From: Octopus sinensis
Lineage: Eukaryota
NCBI RefSeq assembly: GCF_006345805.1
Contig: NC_042999.1
Location: forward strand, 94,302,001 to 94,366,000
Length of the DNA: 64,000 bases
Direction: 5' to 3'
The translations under genes and the position numbers were made by a program. Positions 62,830 through 64,000 of the stretch are shown here, one piece after another. The notes beneath the pieces were generated by a model. That model did not search any database. It worked only from the letters and a program-made list of their open reading frames with translations, and was not told the DNA's origin. Position 1 is the first letter of the stretch, and each line of letters opens with the position of its first letter.

Positions 62830-64000
62830 ATATATAATAATATTAGGGAATAAATCCAAACTTACAGGGAAAAATTAGATTTAGGATTACATCCAATTTT
62901 ATAGTATAAATATATTATATTATATTAGATTAGAGATAAAACCACTATTAGGCAAATCAAACAGTGAAAAACATAAGCCAATACAAAACATTAATTTTAA
63001 AATATAAAAGTTAAAAATAAAAAATTATTTAAATAATTTAAACTTATAAATTATATATATATATATATACAAATATATATGTGTATGTATATTTTTATAT
63101 TTATATATTATTTTATTAATTAATTAATTAATTAATTTATTTATTTATCTATTAATTTTTTTATATATATCAAACGTATTAAAAGATAAAGAGTAAAACA
63201 CTACGATCGTTTCATGGCTGTACCAATTCGATTTAATACTTCGAGTTATGGTTACAGTCAATCTTCAGGTTAATTGAAATATTTTTAAAATAATCAGAAA
63301 TATTTAAGCAATATTTTTAAGATATAAATAATATAATAATTTTACTTATAATAAACTCTATTATCAAACTAGAAACTAAAAACTTAACAATAATGATTAT
63401 ATCAAAATCGATTATAATGTTAAATATTAATTTTAATTTATAAGGTAGGAAACCCACCAATAATCTAAAATCGGCAAATAGTCTATATCTAATTACATAA
63501 ATATTTTTTTTTAAATAATTACTATTATATATAAATTATCAAAGAAAATATATAAATGTACATAAATATTATAATTAAAATTTAAAATAATCTCTATAAA
63601 TAAATATATATGCACATATAATAAAAACCTAATAAATTAATTTTTCATATTTAAAGATGAAATAGCTAATTTCAAAAATAGAAACAAACTTAAACGAACT
63701 TTCGGAAATCTTATCTAAAATACTTATAGAAATAATCAATTCGTAGTTAAATAGTATTGAATAAATACTATAAATATAATTATCAATGGGCATAACTAGC
63801 GAATATCAATTCCAAAAGACAATAACTAAGCTATGCTATTAAGTTAGACATGGCCTGGACCAATCTTTAGTCGAAACATATCTAAGTTTATCAAAGTTTA
63901 TCTAATTTTAATTATAAGAAATTTAAAACTACAATTAATACTATTAATACATGTATATACAAAAGCCTAACTTTAGATACCTCGTATACTTGCTATCAAA
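62489..64000. repeat. AT-rich repeat unit of ~1465 bp restarting at the window edge; PLE-derived remnants
   Basis: 62489-62535 is identical to 63954-64000 (47 bp). Contains a minus-strand hammerhead and weak plus-strand PLE-like words (NPP..KIGK at ~63450; MGITSE at 63786). Confidence 0.6.
63197..63272 (-). ncRNA. Hammerhead motif with long stem II (family E)
   Basis: AAC-CUGAAGA-U UGaCUGUAaCCA...UGGUACAGcCA U-GAA-ACGAUCGU-A-GUGUU. The core is intact; stem I is weak. Confidence 0.6.

Noticed and set aside
62540-63950. Mitochondrial insertion (NUMT) or control region
   Set aside because: No mitochondrial gene, rRNA or tRNA motif was recognised; the hammerhead and PLE-like words explain the region better.

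Overview
AT-rich eukaryotic non-coding DNA (intron or intergenic). The (TA)n/(CA)n microsatellite load and the SINE and LINE families point to an octopus-like cephalopod; this is inference from repeat content. I found no intact host gene, rRNA, true tRNA or CRISPR array, and most long ORFs in the track are microsatellite translations. The window is a transposon graveyard: Tigger/pogo, two mariner relics, a Tc1-like element, a probable hAT relic, CR1-like and RTE LINE fragments, and four tRNA-derived SINE types. The main hidden signal is a dense set of Penelope-like elements (PLEs; RT and GIY-YIG relics, inverted pseudo-LTRs) carrying about 11 hammerhead-ribozyme (HHR) motifs from five sequence families. 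These include a fully paired type I hammerhead in three copies, minimal palindromic dimer-type hammerheads, a pseudo-LTR fusing a tRNA-like head to a hammerhead, and a recurrent hammerhead-shaped fold with a non-canonical core. Other structure: a ~480-bp-arm palindrome with a SINE in its loop, a SINE inserted into a PLE YVDD motif, a 3' tail shared by the LINE and the SINE, and an ~875-bp near-perfect tandem duplication. All alignments and folds were done by eye, and element boundaries are approximate.
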